The notes under the pieces were generated by a model. That model did not search any database and was not told the DNA's origin. It worked only from the letters and a program-made list of their open reading frames with translations. From the NCBI GenBank assembly GCA_001724265.1, contig MEDY01000054.1, positions 62,001 to 126,000 on the forward strand: 64,000 nt of DNA. Direction: 5' to 3'. The position numbers were made by a program, and so were the translations under genes. The stretch is from Rhizaria sp. SCN 62-66 (taxonomy: Eukaryota). This document shows, in pieces, positions 44,401 to 57,014 of this stretch (its first letter is position 1; every line of letters begins with the position of its first letter).

Positions 44401-47400
44401 CGGAGCGAAGCGCGGCGACGTGTTGGCACTGGCTCCGGGTGAGCCTGTGGACGCTGAGGCCGACGCTGTGGCGGACGCAGAGGCGGACGCAGAGGCGGAC
44501 GCTGTGGCGGAGACTGTGGCGGACGCTGAAGTTGAGCCGGCCACCGCTGTCGCGACTGCAGCAACGCGCTTGGGATGCGATGGGCTGCCGGGGGACGTCA
44601 TAATCCTATTGATCACACCCAAACTCTGCTCCGGATGGGACTGTTGGGACGGCCCAACCTGCGACCGGCTCGGCGGAGGACGCGCAGAGCTGGCCGGGCC
44701 CATGGGCGGCGACTGGAGCGGCAAGAGCAGGCGCTTGTTGAAACCGTCGTTCGGTGAAGCAGCGAAATTGTTCTCCCCATCGTCGCAATCAGCAAGCATG
44801 CGGATCGCCTGAGGCAGCGACTGTGACGCGTCCCTTTCACTTTCCACCTTGCGCATCACGGAGTTAAGCGGAAAGTTCTCGGCATCTCTCGGGTTCTCCT
44901 TTGTTATTGACGCCACAGTCATGCTGGAGCGCATAGCGTTGCGATCCAGCAGCATGCGGGCACTGACGGGGTCGCGGCTCTTATCGCCAGCCTCCGCAGC
45001 GCCGCCCTTAGCCACGCGCGCACTGTCGTCATCGGCCTCCGCGACGCTGTTGAGCACCGCGTGCGCCATCATCGGCGGCGTCTGCGCCGACGTTCCTCGG
45101 CTTGTGTCGGACGTGTCGTCCGCGGGGCCCGCGCGCCAGCTGCTCGGCGCAGACAGCAGCGGGCCCTGGCCGAGCGCAGAGTCAGAGCTGCCGGACGCGC
45201 CGGCGCTGCCGCTGGCGCCCGTGCCAGAGCCAGAGCCAGAGCCCGCGACAGCGCTGACGGATGGCGCGAGCGCGGGGCCGCTGACGGCGACGTTTGTGCT
45301 CGCGCCGCTGTCGATGCTAATCGCGCTGATGGTGCTGGCCAGCCGCTGGTTCGCGGGCGGAGATCCCGACGGTAAGCTCGAGTTCATGACCGAGCGCGGG
45401 AGCCCGCCGCTGGCGGTGAGCAGAATGCTGCCGTCTTGCGGGATGGCAGATCCGCGTCCGACGAATGACACAACGCGTGACGTTGTGGGGATCGTTGGCG
45501 ACATCTCCATGGACGGCGTCGACGTGTGCAGGCTCACTGGCGACGTGTTCGGTCCGTGAGTTGACGTCATATGTCCACTCAGCGGCCTCTTAGCGTCTGC
45601 CGCATTGGCCATGGGCTGCGGCACTGGTGCCGGGCGCGTCGTGGCTGGAGCAGGCGCAGCAGCGGCGCTCGTGGGCAGGGCGTTTGGCGTGAACTGGTCG
45701 CGAGCAGAAGATGGAAGGCCTTGGCTGGTCCGCGCATGCTGATGCAAGTGCTGCGCAACGACCGTCGGCAGCGGTGACGGCACCGCGGGATCTGCGTTTG
45801 CGGCCACAATAAGCATGTTCATTGACAGCGTTGGCGACTGCGCACGCCCAGACATGCCACTCAGAGCAGACATGCCGTTGAGCGAGGGCGCAAAGCCGCC
45901 GGCCTCGGTGGGGCTGCCGAGCCCGGTCTCGTTCGAGTCGGGCGCGACGTCGATGCCACTCGCTGTCGCGTGGTACAGTCCGAGCTTGCCGCCGGGGGCG
46001 TGCAGGTGATGATGCAGATACGAGCTGCGCGGCTGCCGCGACGCGTGGCCCGGCGCCAGGACACGCGCGTCGGTCAGCGGCGTCGAGTTGCTGCTCTTGG
46101 GGTCCGCCGCAGACCGATCTGCCGCGGACGGGTCCGCCGCGGACGAGCTTGACGAAGACTGTGCGAGACTACCGCGGGCGGTTTGCGCAACCAGCACGAC
46201 GCTGACGGGGGCCGTAGGCGACGGCACGTCGATCGTGAGGTTCGACAGCTTAGACTGCGACAACTGCACAGGAGACGGGTCTGATGACAGAGATCCGGAG
46301 CTGCCGCCGGTGGTGCTGGTGCTGACGCTGCTGTTGACGCTGCTGCGCGCCCCCGTGCCTGCCGCGAGGACGAGCTGGCCGCGCGTGGCGGCGACGGGTG
46401 TGAGGTGCACGATCACAGGAGAGGGCCGGAAGCCAATAGCGGGAGAGTCAGAAAATGTGGCAAGTTGCGCGCCGCCCGAGCCCGTGGACACTGTGCGCGC
46501 GAGCCCGTTGGAGGACACGGGCGTGCCCGCGGCCGGGGCGTTGGACGGCGAGAGCGGGGGCGAGCCGGACGACAGCTGCTTTGGCAGCGGCGGCCGCTCG
46601 CCGGGGGCCATGCTCACGCTCGTGGCGCGGCTGCGGGGGCCCGCGGTCGGCGACGTGTCGTCCGGCGTCGACCGTGGTTTGCGCCGACTGTCGTTGGGCG
46701 CCACTGATGGCTGCGGACCTTGCGCCGTCGCCCACCACGTCTGCGATGCGCTCAAACGCTTCGCTCCACCGGCACCAACGCCGGCGCCAGCGCCAGACGC
46801 TGAAGTTGGTGAGAGGCGAGAGGGCGCCCCGCCACGCCCAAAGCCGAGCTGCTGCCCCTGCTGCTGTTGCTGCTGATTCGAGGGAGACACTGGAGCTGCA
46901 AGCCCCGGTGGCAGCGGCAACGGGTCGAGCAGGGCTCCGATTGCGGGCGAGTCGTGCGAGCCCAGGAAAACGCTGACGGGCTCGCCTGTGCGGAGCATAG
47001 TGCTGTCATGAGACAGCCGCTTCGCGTTGCCGCCCGACCCGTCCTCGGACGGGGACGTCAACAACAGCGGATCGATAGGCGCTTGCCAGTGCGAGTCGCC
47101 CGTGCTCTGCGGGGCGGCAACCTTGACAGAGTCCCTGCCTGGGAACACGTCATCGTTATCAGAGTCGCCAACCTCGTTCTGCTGGTGCAGAAGCAGTGGC
47201 ACGGAGCCGCTCGCACTGCGGAAGTCGCCACTGCTGTGACGGCGGTGCGTGGGCCTCTGTCCGCTCGCCGTCGTCGGGGGCCCAGGTGCGACATCGCTCG
47301 GATCGTCACGCTCAGATGACGCAGAGTGTTGAGCGGCCGCGGAGCCATTGAGCGATAAGCCCGAGACCAGCGATGCAAGCGCTGCTGCCTGAGCCGTCGC

Positions 47401-50400
47401 TCTCGGACTGGGCGGTGCGAACGCGCTGACGGGACGGCCAATAGCAGTGTGTTGCATCGCGCTCTTGGTACCCACAGCGCTTGCAGCGGTGCCCAGTAAG
47501 ACCACGTTCATGCTCGCGTCCGACACAGCGGTGCTGGAGCGGTGCGGGCCCTTGTGCTTGAGGTGCGCGAGCCCTGGCGCGACGTTCGCGAGCGCGCCCG
47601 TGGTGTCCGCGCCGTGGGCCTGCGGGACCGAGGGCTGCATGGAGGGTGAGCCGGCGCTCTTGTTGGTGCTCGTGCTGTTGCTGTGGTTGCGCGGCGGCGC
47701 CACGCTGCCCTCCAGGGCCGAGAACGTCGTCTCGAAGTCCGACGGCGCGAACTGTGGCGACGGCAGCAGCGTGAGGTCGCGCGTCGCGTCCCACTCGCTG
47801 TGGTCGCGCTCGCCATCGCCCGGCGCGCCCGGCGTGCTGCGGCTGCCCTGTGAGCCCTGGCGGCTGCCCTGCGAGTCCTGTTGGCTGCCCGTGGTCGCGT
47901 CGTGCGCCGGGGAGCGGCTGTGCAGGCGCGCGGGGCGCGGCACGTCGGTCGGGGACAGCGTTTGTTGCGACGAAGGGGACAACGGCTGCATCCCCGCGGC
48001 AGCCATCGCGGTCGCCGTCATCGTCACGTCCGGCGCCGGCGCGTGCGGCAGGTTGAAGGCCCCGGTGGGCGGGCCGCGCGACGTTTGCGGAGGTACGCGC
48101 ACAAAGAGGCTCTCGATCCGAGGCGAGGTCGCACGCATGTTACTCGCCATCACCGCGGACGCGGGGGGCAACGGGGCGACTGTTGCAGCGGTCGGGTTGA
48201 CTTGGAAAGCCAGCTGGTGTTGTAATTGTTGTTGCAGCGCTTGGGAGACAAGATCTGACAAGATCGACGCCGTAGACGAGTTATTGGCAGTCTGCGGCGT
48301 GCCGAGCTGCGACTGCGAACGCTGTTGCACGACGCGGGCAGCAGACGCGTCTTGCGGGCTCGACGCGACGCTGCTGCTGGCAACGCTCGCGGTGCCAGGC
48401 GTCCGCACGGGCGGCGAGCCGCGTTGGCGCACCGCGTTATGCGGTGAATTCGGTTCCAAACGACGGCGCTCCATCATAGCAGCGATGCGTGGAGCGTTCT
48501 GGGCGTCGACAAACGTGACGCTGCCTGCGGACCGCTGGCGGTTGTGTCTTCCGCGACCTGAGCCGATGCTCTGCGACGGGCGGCTCGCCTGCTGCAGCCC
48601 GAGCGCGAGGGCCGGTGTGCCTGGAGCAGGCGACTCGGAGAAGTTGCTGCTGCGGCGGCCCAGGAGCCGCACCATCGTACTGAGGTCGGGCGTGGTAGTC
48701 TGCACGCTGTTGCGCAACGCGGGAGCCGTGGGCGGTGCCGGGGGTGCATTCCCTTCCACTCCAAGGCCGGTCGGCGCAGACACACGGGAGTCCTGGTCTG
48801 GAACGGGCGGGGCGGACGGTGTGCTAGCGCCCGCAGGCTGAGACTGCGGCTGCGGCACTGGGGCGGCGGACTTGGCGGCGGTCTTGGCCTGCTCGCTGTC
48901 TTCCGGCAGCCACGCCATGGTAGCCTCCGAGTCTGGCGCGATAAAGGCCAGCACGCCGTGCGAGATGCGCAGCTGGTGCAAGCGCCAGAGCGCCACCGAC
49001 GCACCCTCGCTGAGCAGCCGCGCCCACACGGCCTCGGTCGCCAGCGCGACGACGCTGAGAGCGGGGCGCGCGGCCGTCGCGGCTGCGGCCACGGACGCGG
49101 CGGCCGCGGCGGCGAAGGGGCTGGCGTGCGGCGCAAGTGGGGACGCCGCCTTGGCCGCCGCGGCCGCCGCGGAGACCTGCGGACTTGGAGAGAGCGCGGG
49201 GTGCACCGCGAGGTGGCTGTGCGAGTCGACGGCGATGGCGAGCGCGAGGATGACCGAGAGGTGCGTCTTCAGTTCGTCCGCAGAAGCCGTGGCCTCGCAC
49301 AGAACGCACCCGCGGAAGGGCTTGTATGGCCCGCTGTGGAGGGCGTCCTGCGTCGCGGTCGGCAAGCGGCTGTGCACGGGATTGGAGCACAACAGCGCGA
49401 CGCCCGGCGGCACACGGGCCAGCGCACGTGTCGAAATGGCGTGCAGCTGCGTCACGTGGGCCCACGCCGCGTCGGCCATGATTGCCACAGCGCGCGCGCT
49501 CAGCAGCACGGCGGAGCAGGCGCCCACCGTCGCGGTGATGGGCTCGTTTTCGCCGTCAGAATCGTCATCGCTGCTGCTGTCGTTGAAGTCGTCCCATGCG
49601 AGCTTGTCCAGTCTCGAGTTGTGTTCGTGCATCGGGCTCGGCGCATCCTTCATCTCGTCGGCAGCGACGTTACGATCGCGATAAGAGGAGGAGAAATCCG
49701 TCCTTGTGGATCTCTGCGGAGCCGCAGCTGTTGTGTTGTAGGAGCGCGACACAGCGCGGGGCTCCATGGCGGCCAGATGCACACGCAGGAGCTCTGCGAG
49801 GGCGCCAGCGCTTACCATAACGGGGGCCCACGCGCCGTCGTGCGATCGGCTCGCGGCCACGGCGGCAGCGGTCATGTCTGGCTGATTCGTGTTGTCGTCG
49901 TCCTCCGCAGCCGGGCCGGCAGTGGGCAATGCGCCGCGCGGCAACACATCGCCCGTGGCCGCGGGCACGGACTTGGAGCCCTCCGCGGACCACGTCGGCG
50001 ACTCGCGGTGCGCCTGAGGGCGAGAGTCGGCCGCCGTGGGGAGCTTGCGCGGGTGCACGTGTGCGCGCGCGAGGCGCTGGGACCACAGGGGAATCTCAAG
50101 GCGCGCAATCTCCGCGTAGGCCGCAGCCAGTGTCTCGACGGCGCCACTGCCCGCGAGCAGGCGATGCCACGCGCCAGGCGAACTGGTTGCGAGCTGGGGC
50201 GGTGACGCCTCCAGCGCCGCGGCCGCGGCGGCAACGGCAGCAATGGCGTCCGCAGGCGTAACTGGCACACCAGCGCACGCGGCCTTGGCGTCGCAGCCGC
50301 AGGCGAAAGCGCAGGTCGCGCACGCCTGCGACGCCGCGGCCGCGGTGGCACCGGTCGCGACCGCCGGGTGCGGGCCCACGGCGTCGGCGTCGCCGGTCGC

Positions 50401-53400
50401 GGCCGCGGTCGCCATGAGGTGCAGCACGTCGAATAAGTCTTGCAGCACGCGTGTGCGCATCTGCCACTCTGTCGCGGCCACATACGCGCCAGTGTAGCGC
50501 AGCGACGCGTCGAGCATGTTCTTGGGCACGGCGGCGGCGGCGGACGCGGCGACGACGGCCGCGACGTGGCGCGCGCGTGTGCGCTGCAGCCAGCGCAGTG
50601 GGCCTGCGCACTGCGACACCGCGCGCACGGGAACACGCGGCACCAGCGCGACGGCGTCCTCGGCGCTCCCGCCGGCGGCGGCCGCGGGCAGTGCTGCGGG
50701 CGTGAACACGGACTCGGTGGCGAAGACGGGACAGGGGATGACGCGGATAGGGCGAGCGGCGACGTCCGCGCCGGAGACCTTTAGCGGAACACCGCTGGGC
50801 GGCACGAAGGGCAGGTGAGAAAAGGCCTCGGCAGGATGGACGTCGCGGCCGTAGAGCGCGCGGGACGCGGCAGCGTTTGCGCCGGCGACCCCGAGCACGG
50901 CCGTGGCCGTTACTGAAGGAAGAACACCAGTGGCGACAGATGCAGCGGCCGCAGAGGCCGCAGTCTCCTGTGTGTGGATGATGTCGGAAGAGTGCAAAGT
51001 TGCATCGCCCTCGCTTTCATTGCCACCGTCAGCGCCCAAGGTCGAGGTTGCCTTGCCATCACTCTTCCCATGTCCTTTCTCGCCATCTTCGTCAGATTCG
51101 TCGTCGGAAGAAGGCGTGTCGCGCAGAATGCCGGCCTCGACTGACGCAGCCACAGGCAAGTCGGCGTCAAACTCTGACATATCAGTATCAATTTCATCGT
51201 CGTTAAAGGTAGCAAACGCGACAGCGGCCTCCGCAGCGAGAACAACATCACTGGAGTCCGTCGCAGTCGCCAGCGCGCCGGCGCATAGCCAGCCAGCCTG
51301 TGCAGCGGCCTCGGCTGCCAGCGTAGTCAGCGCACCGCGCGCCGTTGCTGTGGCGAAGGCGCGCGCAGCGTTGGCTTGTAGCGTGGCGCAGTCCTGTGCG
51401 AAGGCCGTCGTCGCAGCGAGACCGGCGGCGGCCACAGTCGCCCAGTCCGGCGCAGCGGCGCCGAGAGTCGCCTCGAGCGCGGCCAGATGCGTGTGCGCGC
51501 GCGTGAAAGCGGGGGTGGCGCTGACGGACGCAGCCGATGCCGCGGCGTCGACCGTTGTGCGCACGGGAGTCCCGTCGTTGAGAACGACCACAAGATTCGC
51601 CGGCGGCGGCACACACGGACCACGCTGGCCACTGCGGCTGGCAGCAGCAACGCTGCCCGGAGACGCAATCCCGGCGGTGTCGTTGTGCGCGTGCGTGAGC
51701 CAGAGCCGCGCTGTGGTGGAGAGCGCCTCGACAAACACGCAGTGCGCGTCGGCGAAGGCCGGTGGCCAGTTCCACACGTCGCGCCACGACAGCGCGTCGG
51801 GCGTCGGCACGCACACTAGCGTGCAGCTCGGCGCGCTCGCAGAGGGCGGGGGCGCCGGGGGCGGGAACAACGAGGCGTTGGCGGGCCTGGGAGCGGGTGC
51901 GGGCACCGGTGCGGGCGTCGGGGGGAGCGTTGCCATGCGGACAGTAATGCGCGCGTTGGCGACGGCACGCGCGGCCATGCCGACGGCGAGACGCAGCGAG
52001 CACAGAGCGTCGCGCACGGTGGTGGCGATGAGCCGCAACACAGCGCGCGTGGCGGTGCACGGCGGGGTGATGATGCCGGTCGTCGCCAACACGACTTCTT
52101 GCCGCAGCAGCACAACCACAGAGGCGAAGAACGGCAACGGCGTGTGGCAGACGCCGTCCTTGGTCAGGCAGTCGGCGAGCGAGAACGTGCTGCCCGCATG
52201 CGCCGCGGCCGTGAGCGCCTTGCGAGGTCGGAACGTGCGCAAGATCTCAACTGCGCACTGGAGCGCGCGCGCGCCGCCCGCAGTGTCGTTCCCATCGGGG
52301 GTGCCCGCAGAAAAGTAGGGGTAAGCATCAACATCAGGTGTGAGCGGCGTGATGAGAGGGTCGACGGTGCTCTCGCGGTGATTTGGCAGCGCCGTCGCCG
52401 CGGGCGAGGCTGCGGTGGGGGACACGCGGGCGCTCGTGGGGTGGTTTGAAAACAGCGAGCGCGAAGCGGCCGCGGGCGACGCAGCCGCAGAGTCAACGGG
52501 CAGCGGTGGATACTCATGGTAGTCGAGTCCGGACACGGACGACAGGTACGCACTCGCTGCAGCGGCGGATTCGGAGTCGGGATCGGGGAAGCCCAGCTGC
52601 AGCGGCGTGATCGGCACGTAGGAGAAGTGATGCATCGAAGCATCGGGTGCCGTAGACGCAGGGTCGGCGTCCTGGTCGTCCTTCGTCTCTTGCGGCTGAG
52701 AGTCAGTCCTCTGTTCGTTGTTGGAATCGGACGGCTGCTTCGATCCATCAGCGTTATTTTCCTGATCAGCAACAGGCACAGGATCACGAGTCGCGCCGTG
52801 TGAGCGCTTTCGGGTGTGCATGCGGTAGTCGTTCAGCGCAAAGTGCGCGCGCTGGCGCGATGCAAAGAGCCACGCGATAGTGTTACGCGCGGCGGCCTGC
52901 ATGTTGGCTGCCAGCGTTGCAGCGCGTTTGGCCAGCACGCGCGTGCGCGCCGCGGCGGACATGACGGGCACCCCGAGCATGCGGCCGTTGGTGACCGAGT
53001 GTGTGACTTCCGCGGCGCGCATCAGGGTGAAGCTGCGGTGCAGCAGCAGGACTTGCGCGTGTGTTTCTGGCATCGACGACATGTCGGAGATGCCACGCAG
53101 CATCAAATCGCTGACAGTGAACCGAAGCTGGCGCAGCGCCTCAATGTCCTTCCCGGCCGCCGCGGTCTCCGCCGTCGCCGAGTCCGCCGCGGTGGCTCCC
53201 GCGCGGACCGCGGACAGCACCGTCGGCTCGACCAGCGATGCCGTCGCCAGACTCGCCGACGAGGCTGCAATGATGGCCTGTTCCGCGCGCGCCGTGAGCA
53301 GAGCCGCGGCGGTGCAGTCGAGCACCACGCGCGCGCACCACGCGCGCCCGCCCTCCACGAGGTCGCGCTCGCGCACGGCCCGCGAGAAGTTGTCTGCTAG

Positions 53401-54016
53401 TACGAGCGACGACGGGCCGGATGATGAGGTCGTCGCCGCAGTGGGGTTGACGGCCGCCCGCGACTGCGCCTGCACCGGCGCCTGGGAAAACCTGTCGTCC
53501 GCCTGTGCAGCGTGTGGCGCCGGGTTGACAGGCCCGATGTCGGGCAGCACGGACGCGATCGCAGTGAACGCCGCGCGGTGGTGCAGCGGCAGCCGCGTCT
53601 TCCCTTTCTGGTGAACGTAGACGCGCGCACGCTCCTGCGCGGCGAGGTGACGTTTCCACACTGTCGAGAGCGTCGACACCAGCGCGACGGACTTGAGCCT
53701 GTTCATCGGCATGTACGTGTGGTCTTTGGCGTCCTCTCCGCGTGAAGACACGATCTCGTCCATGGAGTACGCACCCATGTGCGCGTACGTCGACGCCGCA
53801 TGCGCCGCCACGGCGCCCGCCGCGCGCTCGACCGACGCGCGCGACTCGGCCGGCTGGCGTCGCACGTTGATCACCCGGCGCAACGTCGCGTCCATGCTCG
53901 CCAGGCCCGCCGGCGCCGGCAGCCGCGCGGCAGAACCTCCCATAGAAGGTTTCGTATCCGCTACATGGGCCTTGACGGCGGGCATGCGCTTGTGGCGGCG
54001 GCGCTTGTTCCTGCTC

Positions 54017-54054
<38 letters not shown>

Positions 54055-56975
54055 GTCCCTTTGGGCCGCGCCGGAGAGCACCATAGCGCCGGGGCCGATG
54101 CGGGGCTCGTCTCCGTCCCCGACAGAGGAGTTGCGGCTCGAGTTCGGCGTCGCGATCTTCTTGTGGTCGGCCTTGCCGTGAGCGGCCTTGCGCGGGCGCC
54201 GGCCGTGGCGCGAGACGGGGCTGCTCAGCGCCGCGGGCTGGTCCTGGTACGAGCTGTCGTCGCGGGCAAACGCCTGTTTGGTCGCTGGCGAGCGCACGTC
54301 AACAGCCAAAGCGTCCTTCTGCTCGCGCTCCGCACCATTCCCGCCGTCGCCGTCGTCTGAGCCGTCGCCGCTGTCGTCGTCGATCAGCTCCAGCGTGACC
54401 CGACTGGGTGGCAGCGCGCGGGGCGCCGCGCGCAGCTTGAAGGCAGCGCTCTCGGCCGACTTGCTATGCTTCTTCTGCAGCTGGTGCTTCAAGCGATAGT
54501 CGTGCTTTTTCGCGTGTGTCGAATTGGGACACGCGTCATACGCAACAGCCATGCAGTTGAGCGCGCTGTTGCGCGGAGACTCAGGGTCCCACAACCGGCG
54601 CTGCATGCTCTCGAACAACAGCGGCGGCAGCTCGAACTTGGGCGCGCTCACATGCCGCGCGAGGCCATGACGCGGCCCCGGCTCTCCGCCGCCGCCGCGC
54701 GCAGCCTGCCGCTGCCGTGCGCGCTCGTTGCGTCTCTCGGCGCGGCGCTGCTGGCGGCGGCGGCGGCGGGCCAGTCGCTCGACGCGCCTCTGTAGCAGCC
54801 GCAGACGCTGAGCAATCACCCTCTGGCGCTCAGCGTCCGTGGCGTTGCGCTGGTTGACGTGCTCGCGGCGGCCGGCCTCGAGCGTCGCGCGCAGCTGCGC
54901 CGTGAGCGCCAGGTCGTTGACCATGAGCCCATGTGGCGGCAGCGGGCCCGTGCGGTGCACACCCAGCGTGCCGCTCAGAGAAGCCGCAAGCGCGCTGCCT
55001 ACGCTGCGCGCCCACTGCAGCGCGTCGGCGGGCACCAGCGCTGACGCAGACAGCGCCGCGGCCGACATGGCCGTCGCGGACGTCACCGCGGCAGCGTTGG
55101 TCGCCGCGAGCACGGGGTCTTCGTCCTCCTCGGCCGCGGCGCCTGCTGTGGCAGCAGCGGACTTGGCAGACCGCGCACGCGCTGTCTTGGCGGCCGTCTC
55201 GGCAGCCTCGTAGGCGACCGCCGCGGCAGCCTTGCGGCGCGCGATGATCGCGTCGACGGCCGCAAAGATCTTGGTCTCTGCCTCGGCGTCGGCGTCCGCG
55301 GCGCGCGACGCCGCAAGCGCGGCCGTCATGCTGGCCGGCTGGGTGATGACCGCGGCGGGCTTTGCGACGGCCATGTGCGCAGCGAGCGGCAGCGCCAGCA
55401 CGCGCGACCACTCGGCCAGCGTCGCGGCGTCCGACAGCCACAGCGGCTGGTGCACATCGAGCGCGAAGCCAAACGCGCCCGCGGCGGCCAGCGCAGCCGC
55501 GTCGGTGGGGCGCTCCGAGGCCGTCAGCGTGGTGTGCGCGTCAGCGTCGACCGTCTGCGGCGTGCGCAGCGCGCTGTGGCGCAGTACGGGCACGAGCGCA
55601 AGCATGCCGACGGCGACGAGCGACGACGGGCGCTTGGGTGAGTAACGGCAGATCGGTGGCATCAGCAAAGAGGCCGGGTGGTCGATCTCGGCCTCGTCAA
55701 CGTCACCGTCAATACCGCCGCCGCCGTTGCCGCCGCTGGCGACGCTCGTCGAAGAGCCCGGCCCGCCGCCGCTCGCGCTCGCGATCGGCGCCTCGGCGCG
55801 CATGTCGGTGGCGGAGCCGGGGAGCGACGAGTTGGTGTTGGTGGCAGTCGCGAAGTCGACGCTCTCGTTCGAGGCCGGGGAGGCGAGCACACGGGCGGAG
55901 TCACTGCTGGGGCCTGAAGACAGGCCGAAGGCACTCCTCCCGCTGTCGATGCGGCTGCCGCTACGGCTGTCGGTCTGGCTCGTGTTGCGCTGCTGCGCCT
56001 TGACCGCGAAGCCAACGGCGCTGTTGATCATCGCGGCAACCGTGGCCGTGGCGCCGGGAGGCTCAGGCGCGGTGGGGACCGCGTCGCCGACGTTGAGCGT
56101 GCCGTCGGGCGCAGCCACTGAGGCGCGCAACAGCGCACGGGAGACGTCGCCCCCCGCGCGCTTGCCGCCCTCGGTCTCGAGCTCGCTCGACGGTGGGAAA
56201 GTCGCATGTGCGTCATGTGATGTGGCAGACCCGCCGTATGAGTGCGCACCTGCGGCGCGTACAGCTTGCGCCGCGGACGAGTTGGCCGCAGTGACCGCGG
56301 ACAGCGTAGCGCGGTTCACGGCCAGCAGGAAAGCGAGCGTGGGCATGCGCGTAAGCAGCAGCAGGCGGTTGATGCGACGCATCGCGTGCACGCTGCTGTA
56401 GCCGTTGCGCGCGCCGACTGCGAAGCCGGCGCTGATGAAAAACGCGCGGATACGTGCGAGCGAGTACTCGGATCCCGGACCGATGTGCGTGGCGGCAGCG
56501 GCTGAGGGTGCGAGGTTCGGAGTGTACAGATCGAGTCCGATGCCGGCGCGCGCGGCCCGCAGCGCCAAGGCCGACTTGCTCTTGCTCTGCGTCGAGTTGA
56601 GGTCGTCGCCGCCAAACATGACGTGCACGGCCGTCGTGATGGCCTTGATCGCCACGGCGGCCGACACGGGGGCGCCCACGGTCAGCGGCCCGCCCTGCGC
56701 CACGGCGGGCGGCATGATGGCGCGCGCGGCGGCAAGCGCGGCGCGCGCGGCGGGCTCCGTAGACGGGATCATCGCAGCAGCCGCGGCGCCCGTGGAAGAC
56801 ATTGCAGACAGCGCCTGGGCAGCTGCTCGGGCGCTCGGGTCGGTAGCGTCAGCGCCAGGACCTGCACGAGTGCCAGCGGTGCCAGTGCCAGTGCCAGTGC
56901 CAGCGCCGGTGCCGGCGCCGGTGCGGGCTCTGCCCCTAGTGTAAGTGTGAGCCCCGGTCTGTCTTGCAGCATGAT

Positions 56976-57014
<39 letters not shown>

